A DNA stretch of 45,015 nucleotides from Catajapyx aquilonaris (lineage: Eukaryota), in the NCBI GenBank assembly GCA_000934665.2, contig KZ538842.1, forward strand, positions 1 through 45,015. Direction: 5' to 3'. The notes beneath the pieces are model-generated. The model was given only the letters and a program-made list of their open reading frames with translations, did no database searches and was not told the DNA's origin. How positions within the stretch are numbered: position 1 is the stretch's first letter; every line of letters starts with the position of its first letter. This document shows, in pieces, positions 34,705-45,015 of the stretch. The position numbers and the translations under genes were made by a program.

Positions 34705-37700
34705 CTCCACTCGTGTTTCATTTAGTAAAACCTGCAGATAGCTTTCAAGGTTCTCAATTTCTGCAGGTTCACTGCTTGGGCAGCCAACACTTTCTTCTTC
34801 TGAATAATATATATTGACACTGCCAATGTCTGCATGCACTCCACTTGTCTCACCACCATCTCTGCCCTTATCCACCTTATCCAACTTCCTGGAGTCATCA
34901 CGTTCTGATACCTGGCTCTCCAAACTCATGGCTGATTGATTATCATTCACTTTGGCTATCTCCTTCCCTCCCTTCACCTGCCTGCCACTGCTTTCTTCTG
35001 TGCTCTGGGTGAAAACAACAGAATTACAGAGAGATAAAATCATTCTTCCCTTCATCCATGCTCATAAAACAGTTATCTACTCACCAGCTCATCATTTGGA
35101 AGCTCTTCCAACAAGGCAAGGAGGTGTTTATCCATGTCTTCTAATTCAGAAGTGCCCTTATCTGCCTTCGGCCTCCTACACCTCTTGCTTCTCTTGTTTC
35201 GTGGAAAGCTTGCCCCCTTTTCTTCACTGGTTCGCCTCTTTGCACCCTCCAGGCATGGCAAATTGGCAGCTCCACCTGGTTTATCCTCCACAGTCTTCAT
35301 TCCCATCTTACAAGCAGGTACATTATCAGTCTTTCTTTCTTTATCTGAGATATTATTCTTTTCAATTTTCTTTTTCTTTTTCCTAGTTGTTCCTCCTTGC
35401 TTTTCTTCTGTATGCATCTTTTCCTTCTTCCCTTCCCTCTTGTTGGTTCCTCTTCCTTCTTTAGCTTCCCTATTTGTCTTTTTCTTCTGCTTCCTTTTGG
35501 TAGTTGTTCCTTCTTGATTAGCCCCCTTCTTCCTTCCTTTTTTCTTTGATGGTAAGTCAGCATTTCTGCCTTTGCCACTCTCGCACTCCTCATGTGCAGG
35601 GTTCTTTGAGTTCTGGGTATCGATGGTGTTGCTTGGAGCACTTTCCTCATGCACACTGGCACACAGTTCTTCTTGAGCATCTTTGCATGCCAGAATATTG
35701 TGTGCCTTCTGCTCTTCATAAGCTGGAACAAATGTAACAAAATTACCTGTTGGTCATTGCAGACAGGGTATTTTGCATGTTATGAACAGTCCTTCAGGTA
35801 ACTTTTTTAAAGATTATGCTTTGAAAGAAAAGCTCAAACTTACACTTATATCTATGTAAGAAATAAATACAGGGTGTTTCAGAGTCACGGGTCAAGCGCA
35901 CGCAAGGGGGTGGGGAAAAATCGTAGTTGGCAACTACCCGGGTCAGTTTTATTAAACAATTAGAAATACGGCAGTAATCAATTTATTTGTTACGGCCGTA
36001 CGGCGTGACGTCACATCCTACTTTCTGTTCGAACTGAGTGGCGCGGAGTGGCAAATGCAAGGCAATTGCATTGGGTGGAACCTGCATGAACGGGTTTTTA
36101 GCCTTGCGGGCTGCACTGAAAAAGGCGCTCTCATGCTACACCGGTAGAGTACTGTTCATGCAGGTTCCACCCAATGCAATTGCTTTGCATTTGCCACTCC
36201 GCGCCACTCAGTTCGAACAGAAAGTAAGATGTGACGTCACGCCTTATGGCCGTAATAAATTGATTACTGACATATTTCTAATTGTTTTATAAAACCGACC
36301 CGGGTAGTTGCCACCTACGATTTTTCCCCACCCCCCTCGCGTGCGCTTGACCTGTGACTCTGAAACACCCTGTATATGTCATTAAATAAGCTAATTTAGA
36401 TTTTTCCACACTCCTCCTCTCATGCTTTTTGCGTCATTTGCATCCCTGCACACTTTGACAGTGCTTCAAAACCTGGTAAAAGTCATCTTTGTAACTTATC
36501 AAGTTTTCGAATAAAATAGATGTGAAGTTTCAACGGCTTTTTGCAGGTGTTCCTATTATTTTGTCCAACCCCCGTACCTAATCAGTGCGACGTTTGCGCC
36601 TGTTTCAAGTCACATAATTTTTGGATTCGCCCCCCCTCCCCCCTTGCCCCCCCTTCGTGCCCCATCGGTTGAAAACAGATGGTATACACATACAGTCACC
36701 CCTCTGTTGCATCACACAAACATCCTCACACTTACCTGCTGAGTCAAAAGCCAATATTGTTAGATATGGAACATGGATGCAAGGCGTCCTCCTCCTTAAC
36801 GAGACTTCTACATTCTTCACAAATAAGACCTGGGCAGTCGAGTATACTTGATAGGATTGCAGCTCACACTGTATGGATAGAGAATAATACACTAAATGTG
36901 TTACTTCTCTGATGTAAGGCCTTATGGGCACTATAAGTAAACCAAACACTCACACTTTTCAATTACACATTACATTTCATTACACACAGAACTAAAAGTG
37001 AATTTCCTACAAAACAATCACTGAAAATGCAGATGTACTAACCTTCATTCGCACTATATCACCTGGTCCCCACCTTGGGACAGTATTATCCATCACTAGG
37101 TCAAATAAATTCATGGTGAATTTAGTTAGATTCGGTGGCAGCTGCCTTTTCTGGAAATAAATAATTTGCAGGATGACACAGACTCTACTGGGGTCTGGGG
37201 TCAAGTACAAGTATGATATCAAAAGGTATCTAAGTTGTGTTTCAGATAAGTCATGTGATTTTTTGTGCTTATAGAAATTGTACTGTACTGTATAAAATAT
37301 ATTGTACATACTCCACAGAAATTGACAGCTGGTGAACATCCCATTGCAGAGGAAGGAAGGATACACTGTGCCAGAAGAAAACATGCTAACTTGGTTTTCA
37401 CATTCCTCCTCTGTCACCTTTTAGTGAGATTCCTTTGTACTTTACCATCCTTTCCACTTGCCCATTGGATGTGGGTTAGTAGGAAGGTAGAAGAGAGGTT
37501 GCAGGATGAGGGAGAAGAACAGATCAGACACATCCGAGGTGTCAGATCTGGTTCAGAGTTAAGAAGGTTTGAAATACCTCAGAGGTAAAGCCGGATCTAA
37601 GAGCTTAAACCATGGGCTCGAGGATTCCATGGGGAAAGGCATCACAACTCTGATATGATACATTTGGCTGTCAAAACTGACACACACAACCTCTAACCAC

Positions 37701-37726
37701 TTGAAGTAGGCATCTATCACCAGAAG

Positions 37727-37787
<61 letters not shown>

Positions 37788-38180
37788 TCATGCCCCGTTA
37801 TCAGCCTATCGGCTCTTTAGGGGGGAAGTTTTTTTGTTTTGCCTGGAACAAGAATCACAGCTCAAAATCAAACATTTAGCAGCATCGTAATTAAAAAACG
37901 CATGTCTTGTACCAGCAGTTTTCTTTTCACATTCTGAAATGCTATCTTTATGAACTACTTTCCAGTTACATGATACACCTTCAACCCGCAAGCAATGGAT
38001 AGTAAAAGCATTAACCCATGTACAGCAGCCAGTCCGCCCTGATACCCAAAACCCGATAGTAGTCGAACTTCATACCTTAGCTAACTCCTCCAAAGCGTCT
38101 TGCAGTGCATGACCGACAGTCGTGTGGCGGTACATCTCCACCACATTCAACAGGGTAGGAGCAATGCTTCTCTCGGGCAT
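34705..38180 (-). CDS. Divergent TFIIA gamma-subunit-like protein with a long C-terminal extension. Exons 38180-38076, 37150-37043, 36868-36736, 35722-35085, 35004-34705 (at least 428 aa; 3' end unresolved)
   Basis: Spliced N-terminus MYRHTTVGHALQDALEELAK|KRQLPPNLTKFTMNLFDLVMDNTVPRWGPGDIVRMK|CELQSYQVYSTAQVLFVKNVEV...VPYLTILAFDSA is colinear with TFIIA-gamma ([29 protein letters not shown]..|[29 protein letters not shown]); all introns GT-AG and phase-compatible (0,0,1,0). Confidence 0.8.
35870..36372. mobile_element. Tc1/mariner-type foldback MITE, ~220-bp arms, in intron 3 of the TFIIA-gamma-like gene
   Basis: TA|cagggtgtttcagagtcacgggtcaagcgcacgc ... gcgtgcgcttgacctgtgactctgaaacaccctg|TA. 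Confidence 0.92.
37730..37850 (-). mobile_element. 5'-truncated retroposon 3' tail with (TTA)n microsatellite
   Basis: Minus strand gttccaggcaaaac..cttcccccctaaagagccgataggctgataacggggcatg + (TTA)~19; matches 24355-24425. Confidence 0.8.
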
Positions 38181-38645
38181 TTTCAATGCCGCTGGAGACC
38201 TCAGTTTGTCTACTTAGATGACCCAAGCTCCAGACATGTGCAGACCATGCCCAACCGTCGAAGAACGACGTTCCATGCTCGAGGCTCGCTACTATCGCTA
38301 GCGATCGCTAGCATCGGCGATCATCAAATCCGTTCAGAAAATCCTTATAAAGCGAAGCTCAGCATATGACGTCATGTATATCGGCGTGGGATCAAGGAAA
38401 TGTGTATGGAAAGAAGCGGGCGCTGAAACCACAATGACCATTTCCTAAACTAGTAATTACTGACCTCACCCATTGTTAGTCTAATTTACATAAAGAATTT
38501 GTTAATCATACTTTTATTTGTTCTGCAATTTTTACTACCTAATGAACATAATATTTGCAAATAGTTGGTTAAAAAGCTCGAAAATAAATTAGCGGTGACG
38601 TCACGTGTGAATCTGACGCTTTGAGTCAGGAGTTGAGATTCCAGC
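38181..38645. promoter_or_regulatory. Candidate bidirectional promoter with two CRE palindromes and an overlapping E-box
   Basis: 465 bp between divergent ATGs; TGACGTCA at 38367-38374 and 38596-38603, CACGTG at 38602-38607; CpG-rich and free of recognisable TEs. Confidence 0.55.
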
Positions 38646-39537
38646 ATGGCGGAAGCTCGGGAGGACGAGCGGATTGCAATTGCCAGTGGAAGCAGGAACC
38701 TGAAGACTTATGGCAGCACTAGCAAGTATCAGAAAAAGCGTGAATGCTTTCTCAAACACCGGGTGCAAGAAGATGACACGTTGCAAGGGATAGCGCTTAA
38801 GTATGGAGTCACTGTAAGTTGTCCCCCCCCACATTCCAATTTGTTATAGCTGCTTGTCAATGACTGTTGATATTGGTCTGACAGATGGAACAGATCCGGA
38901 GGGTGAACAAGTTGTGGGCCAATGACAGCTTGTTTCTCCGGGAATACCTGCTTGTGCCAGTGCCCACTGACTTTCTTTCAAGTGCGGTGCCGCAGGATTT
39001 GGAGATACAGTTGGTGTCGCCGTCAAGTGAGGAGAACTCTCCGAATGGGCACTGGAGCGGTGGTGGATCGGAGAGTGAACAGGAGCTGGCAGCCGCAGAA
39101 CCATGTGAGAGTCAACGAGCAGAGCGCAGTGCCTCTTTGCCGACACGGTGTTCGTCAGAACCGATGGGTGACAGATCGGAACAGAGTGTTGTGGACTACT
39201 TGGTGAAAATGGATAGCGCTATTGCCAAAACGAGGAGGAGAGTGGAAAAAATGGAGAAGAAGCAATTGTTGAGTATTATGTTTGTTTTTAGTTTGAGGAA
39301 ATGTGGAGTTTTTATTGCATTGTTAGTTGTGAGGTAGCATATTATTCAAGCAAACACTTTGATTTCAGGCCAAGTGAACAAGAGAATAGTACATTTTACC
39401 AGTGTCGACCCCTGCCATACTCATCTGGAGGTCAAGTGTCTCAGGAGCCCAATCTTGTTGTCATGACACAAGGCCGCAGAGTACAAACGTCACTTCGCCA
39501 ACATGAAAAACGTCAAGAGGAGATGTTTGAATTGTAG
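38646..39537 (+). CDS. LysM domain protein, LYSMD1/LYSMD2 family (~239 aa). Exons 38646-38813, 38885-39267, 39369-39537
   Basis: LKTYGST...HRVQEDDTLQGIALKYGVT|MEQIRRVNKLWANDSLFLREYLLVP LysM; DYLVKMDSAI helix; C-terminal EEMFEL; phase-compatible introns (the second donor, GTTGAG, is weak). Confidence 0.92.
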
Positions 39538-41396
39538 CACCTCCTGGAGGTATTCAAACTTTAATTCAGATTTCCTTACTTGAAATTTCACTCAGAATCA
39601 CTCAGTTTCAAACCTGCCATTTCTTGGTTCTGTGATCCAGAAATCCTACACTAGTCTTTTCTTTTCAGGGTGTGGCAGGGTCCAACTTTTAAGATGTCAC
39701 CTAGTCAAAACCAAATGTACTCCTGATGCAAAGTTACCGCATGATGCTTGGAAATTGCTGTGAACTATCAATACTGACGGGTGTCTATTACGAAGAGGAA
39801 AAACACAATGAATATATGCAGTTGTCGGTTTTCGGGTGGTTTCGTATCCTAATTTGCAGTGAATGGTTGTAAGAGATCCTACTCATTATTTTGCAAGTTG
39901 TGAGTAACTGCAGGGATACAGGAATGTTATCACATGGTATTTACTTCCGGAAATGGCTTGCCTTGGTGTGAGTTTCTTCCACAATATATTGTTCTTGTTT
40001 GTTTTACCCTGATAGTTTGACATTAAGTGAGTGTACCTGGCGCTAATATTAGGTTTATATGCAGAGTTATCGAGACAGTGTACGTACCTCTACATATCAT
40101 GACTTTTGTTCTAATTCTTATCACATAAATATGCTTTTTGTTGTAATCTTTCAAGAAAGGTAGTCTCTTTTGGTGACTTCTTTGGCGCCAGTGTGACATT
40201 GGCATTCACTGACTGTTTTGCACTAGAAGCAGTGTTAGCAAGCATTAGTAGAATGTTCTGGTGATCTTCAGTGAAGAGTCATCTTCTAGACAAGACAGTG
40301 AGGGACACGTGTAGGAATCTTACCTTACACTTGTAGCCATTTGTACACTAATGCTAGCTCAGAAGTGCCATTACATGTAACAAGTTCAAGATTGTATATC
40401 TGGCATTGTTAACTCTTGGCTTGTGATAAAAAACAAGTTAGCAATATTGGCATTGAAAAAATAGTGGAGTTGTCATATATGTGAGGATATCTTGTTCACA
40501 AAGCCTTGCAATGCCCACTCTACTGTGACAGTTTGAAAAATGTATATACAGAAGTAAGTGTGAGATACAGAGGCCAAATGTTTGTCTTCTGCACAAGCTT
40601 GCCACAAGGTCACAGCTGTGATGTTGCTGATGAAATACTCGGATCTGCTCCCAGTGGATTCCAATATTTTGTGGGATTCTTTCTATGAAGGCTTGCTGTT
40701 TTGGTAAAAACAACTTGTCTATTATGTTATTTTACAGTTTTTGCATTATTAGATTTTGTCCAGAAATTCTGTTTGTATCTGTAACTTAACTGGTTTGACT
40801 ATCAGTCGCACTGGTGATCTTGGATGCAAATCCTGGGAGGGATTAATATTTCTACCCTCCCTTAATCTTTCTGAAGTTCATGATCTGTAGTAACCTTCAC
40901 TTTTTGTTTACCAGTTTATTATTTTTAGGCATGTTGGGTGCAAAGCAGCATAAAATTGCTACTGCTCAGGGAAGTCAAGTTGTTTGGTCCAGATTGGATT
41001 TAGTTTGATGAATAAGCTGGAATCATAAAGGAATGGAGTGTTTATTCCCATAGGCAAGCATAACGTGTTAATGCTTGTTTCTCTCAATAGCTACATTTAT
41101 TCAGGTATTGTGTTGAAAAATTGTTCTCAAATAAAGCCCAATGTTGAACCCATTGCTCTTTTCAATTTCATATTATTCATAAAGATGGTCGTACAGAATA
41201 TGCCACAGGAAAATGAATGGGATTCATTATGCTCTTGATAATTTTCAGGTTTGTTGCTTGGTACATGTCGGAATTTTTGTGCATTTGGAATGTAACCACC
41301 ACCGTTATGAAGTGAGTAATAGTTTCTGTGAATCCAGACCCAAACTTACCAGCAGTCAATGTTCAGTGTAACAGTTGCCTACTCTGTCATAATTTT

Positions 41397-41758
41397 ATAA
41401 TAATAATAATAATAATTGGGTTAGTGCACTGCCCTAATTGGGCATCTGGCACGGTACCTTTATTTGCTTATGATGTACAAGCTTTTTATTACAGGTGGTC
41501 CTTTTCCGTATCGCCCGGGTACCACGAGCGAAGGGGGGATGAATAGGAGGGGATGTGCAATGTGCAGTGCAATGTCTGAACTTGGTCATTTTGTGAACTC
41601 CCCCGGGTGGCTTAGTCTGTCGGAAATTGCCACCTGAAATGAAGCCAGAGGTGGCCCAACTCTGCACGGATAAAGGTGGGAACCCCGGGTGGGGATTGAA
41701 CCCGGGACCTTAATATCCGTGGGCGCACGCGTTACCGCGGCACCACTTCATCTCCCTC
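41397..41758 (-). mobile_element. tRNA-derived SINE, family A copy 3
   Basis: Minus strand ggttcaatccc B box; 14-bp TSD tctgtcataatttt (41383-41396, 41762-41775); (TTA)n tail. Confidence 0.9.
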
Positions 41759-41952
41759 TATTCTGTCATAATTTTGAAAAGATGTAGCTGTTGCAGGATT
41801 GATTTTACTGTGTACCACAGTAATTTTAATGGAAATTAACAGTTTTTCCTATTTCCAAAGTTGTAAAAGTCTGGCCTTAAAATTTATGGATTTACATTTT
41901 ATGGCTTTTAAAAAATGAAGACAAAAGGTAGTGACTACGGACCACTTAGAAT

Positions 41953-43171
41953 AATGACCCAAAATGGAAAGGGCATAAGTCCACGAGACCTAATTTTCCA
42001 GGAGAGGCAAAAAACTGAAATGCGGCGTTGTAAATTCTTCAAGGTGGTCGGACTCGCGGAAATGTTGATCTAAGTGTCCTTTGGAATCATGTTGAGCACA
42101 GTTAGGTGGAAAACGCGTCATTACAGATGCGTGCGAGCGATTTAAAGGGACGGGACTTACATCCTTTTCATTCTGAATGATGGGAGGATGAGGAAATCTG
42201 TGCCGTTCTGCCACATGATGACATAAGTAACACAAAATAATGCACTCATTGATATACTCAAACAGTCTACTTCAACATTTTTCTGAATACATGTCGGTAT
42301 TTACCGAATAACGACGCATATCTCCCATACGTCCTTGGTTTTGAGAGGGGATATTAGTATCATTTCCCACCAAGGCAGCAACATTATGCCCTCAGTCACT
42401 GTTGCCCTCAGATTCCTCTCCCCCTGTTTTGTCCTTAGTTAGTGACTTATAGAGAGACTGTGCACCACTTGTTAAATACTTCAAGAGTTTCAAAACATCT
42501 GTGAGTTTCAAGGGCCTTATGCTGGGTAATGCCTCCCCATATAGCGCCTCAATTGGAAAGGTTATTTCTTTTACCTTTGGTTTGCAAGTTTTGAGGAAAT
42601 ACGTACGATGGTTCACAATTCATGGCTTCTGAAGTCTTTACCTGAGCACACTCATGAGGACTACTAAAGGTACGTTGCTTGTACTTTCAAATACTGAACC
42701 TATTGTCCTTTTATGTGACAGTCTTTTTGAAGAAGCTCTGCAAGTGCCCCTTGAAATCCCTGAAATGTTTCCCTGTCATGATGGTGACATCGTATTTATC
42801 CTGAACCATGCCATACCAACCATGTTGTACCTCCACCTTCTCCCTCTTGCGTTTCATTTTTTCAATAACTGAGAAACACCTGTCACAAGGTAGAAAGCTG
42901 TGCCCTCTGACAGGTAGACGTCACGATGGACTAATTGCCTTTTCATTCCTAACCAGCAATTTCAGCATGGAAATGGTGTAAGTCCAGGACTTCCGCCTTT
43001 TCCATTCTGGAGGCAAATCTGACATGCTTATTGCTTAAATATAGCATATGGGTGGGAGCTTTTGCTTCCTCTCATACTGGATCTTATGCACTCCATACTG
43101 AAGAGCTTGCTTCTGCGAAAAAGTCATTTTGGCCAAATGGTGGACTTATGCCCTTTCCATTTTGGGTCATT
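41953..43171 (-). mobile_element. DNA transposon deletion derivative, probably Sola1
   Basis: 32-bp perfect TIR aatgacccaaaatggaaagggcataagtccac; minus-strand remnant ALYGEALPSIRPLKLTDVLKLLKYL..AQSLYKSL (42392-42616) resembles Sola1 transposase C-termini. Confidence 0.7.
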
Positions 43172-45015
43172 CTATTATTTTTATGGAAATAGTACGTGAC
43201 GTCACATTTTTAGAGTTGCATATTGTCCACTAAAATTAACCGTAGTTGATGGTGATCAGATGGGATATTAAAACGTCTATTCCGAGGTCGCCACATTATC
43301 TCGAATCCTGATCATAAGCTCTACTTGCCCAACACCAATGAAGTTCGCCTAGCACGAAAATCACCTGCATGTCTATGTTACAAATACAGATTACTTGAGA
43401 ATGAATCATGTTTTAATCACACAACTTATAAGCTAATGAGCCACATGGAAGAGCAATGTTGGGCCGAGATATCAATGCATTTGTCATGAATAGGACAGTA
43501 TTTATGTGGCGCGCCGGGGGCAATGGAGTTCGCCCAGAGTGCTAAACGCGTCCCAAAGTTCGCCCACTGTTAAATACAGACTGATGCGGTTGTCCCAGAT
43601 GGGAAAAAAAGGGCAGGTCTCTTGCCCTGCACCACAATCCCATTACTCATTGCACGCTGTGTCTGAAAATAACAATCACGGGAGATGGTAAGCCCATTCC
43701 TCCAGAGGTGTGCAAGGTGATATGGAAGAGCTCTGAAGAAGGAAAGTCTGCGTATGTGGTTGGACAAGAAGGGCATGTGCCATGCTCCACGGTAAAGGGG
43801 CATCGCATGAAGTAACAAAACCACAAGAACCATCCAGAAAAACCTTATATCAGGGCCTCCAGGGAATTTAGAAGACGATTCAAAATATCCCTAGAAAATC
43901 CTGTAAGTTGTGGTGATGCGCAGGAGGTTTTGGAGAAATAGCAGTCACTTCAATTTTAAATAGCAATATGCAAATTATTATTCACAGGTTTGTTACAGTA
44001 GCAACAGAATTTACAGTAGTACTCTGAGTGTGTTGTTCCAGTCCGGTCTTACTCTCAATGCTGCAGTTGAATGGTGGCCTGCCTCCACCGGAGTAAATCT
44101 GGGTGGTGTGGAGTGTGCATCCTGGTCATCTTTGACGGCCAGAAGACGCTTCCGGTGGTCTTCTTCCTTCTTAGTGATCAAGTCCAGTCCTCTTCTCCAG
44201 GTTGTCCAGCGCGTAGGTGGTGGTCATCTTCACCCAGCCTCACGTGTGCCCGACACTTTCACTTTGAACACGCACTCTTGGTAGGGTGCAAAAACTTCAC
44301 TCGATTCACACCGAACAATCTCACTTGGAGCGGTTTGCCTCACATTTATGCCAACTGATTTGTGTTAAATTTAGGGGAAAAGTTAAAGACCGGAAAATTC
44401 ACCGGAGCGCCACTATTAAGCGGCATGATCTCAAGAGACCCCCCCGATTCGACTGCCCAACTAACTCCACGCCCGGGGCTGGGCATCTGACTCCGTGAGA
44501 AGTAACATCTATTCTGCTCAAGAGTCACAGTCAAAATTTAAGCAACAAAAGCTACATGTTTCCTCTTCAGAGGCTACCCGACGTCTCTCCCTCTCGGGGC
44601 TTCTTTCTCCCTGGTCTCGCTCAAGCTTCGGAGTTATCAGAATGAAATCATTGGTTGAAAATTAAGTACTAAACTAACCTGGTTGGTCACAGATGACCGC
44701 ATCAACTACATCTCTACATTACTAACTCCGATTGGCTCCTGAGCGACACCGAGAAAAGCAAAAGAAAGAATTTACTAGACAGCAACATAGTAGGCCTACA
44801 AGGGTCAACATTCCACTCTGCCTCGCGCTGCACAAAATACCTTACATCAGCAGGAGCAAGGCAAAAAGAAAGGAATGTTGGTTGGGATGGAGCAATGAAG
44901 AAAAAGGATGGAGAGAAAAAATAATCTTTGGAGGGTTAATATGAATTATCACGGGGAAACTACGAATCAGGTCATGACCCAGGCACGGGCGTAGGTATAG
45001 ATTTTCAATGGGGGG

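Noticed and set aside
34952..35517. Plus-strand hydrophobic ORFs (Phe/Leu-rich) as membrane proteins
   Set aside because: Antisense shadows of the Lys/Glu-rich exon 4
43500..45015. Coding-like fragments at the end of the window
   Set aside because: Multiple stops in all frames and no recognisable RT, gag or host motif

Overview
Eukaryotic, repeat-rich genomic DNA, probably from an invertebrate (arthropod-like, by inference), with short GT-AG introns of mostly 55-100 nt. I can reconstruct three spliced host genes by hand: (1) an ankyrin-repeat/coiled-coil (synphilin-1-like) gene on the minus strand at ~6.4-8.5 kb; (2) a LYSMD1/2-type LysM gene on the plus strand at 38.6-39.5 kb; (3) head-to-head with it, a gene the ORF track breaks up, encoding a strongly diverged TFIIA-gamma (GTF2A2/TfIIA-S)-like domain fused in frame to a >300-aa low-complexity, Lys-rich tail with two LxxLL motifs. 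The rest is a dense, often nested mosaic of transposons. It includes an internally deleted Transib with RSS-like ends and a 5-bp TSD, hAT and Sola1 remnants, many Tc1/mariner, piggyBac, P, Harbinger and hAT MITEs or foldbacks, and at least five tRNA-derived SINE types, several sharing a structured 3' tail. All family calls come from motif recognition by eye; no database search was run.
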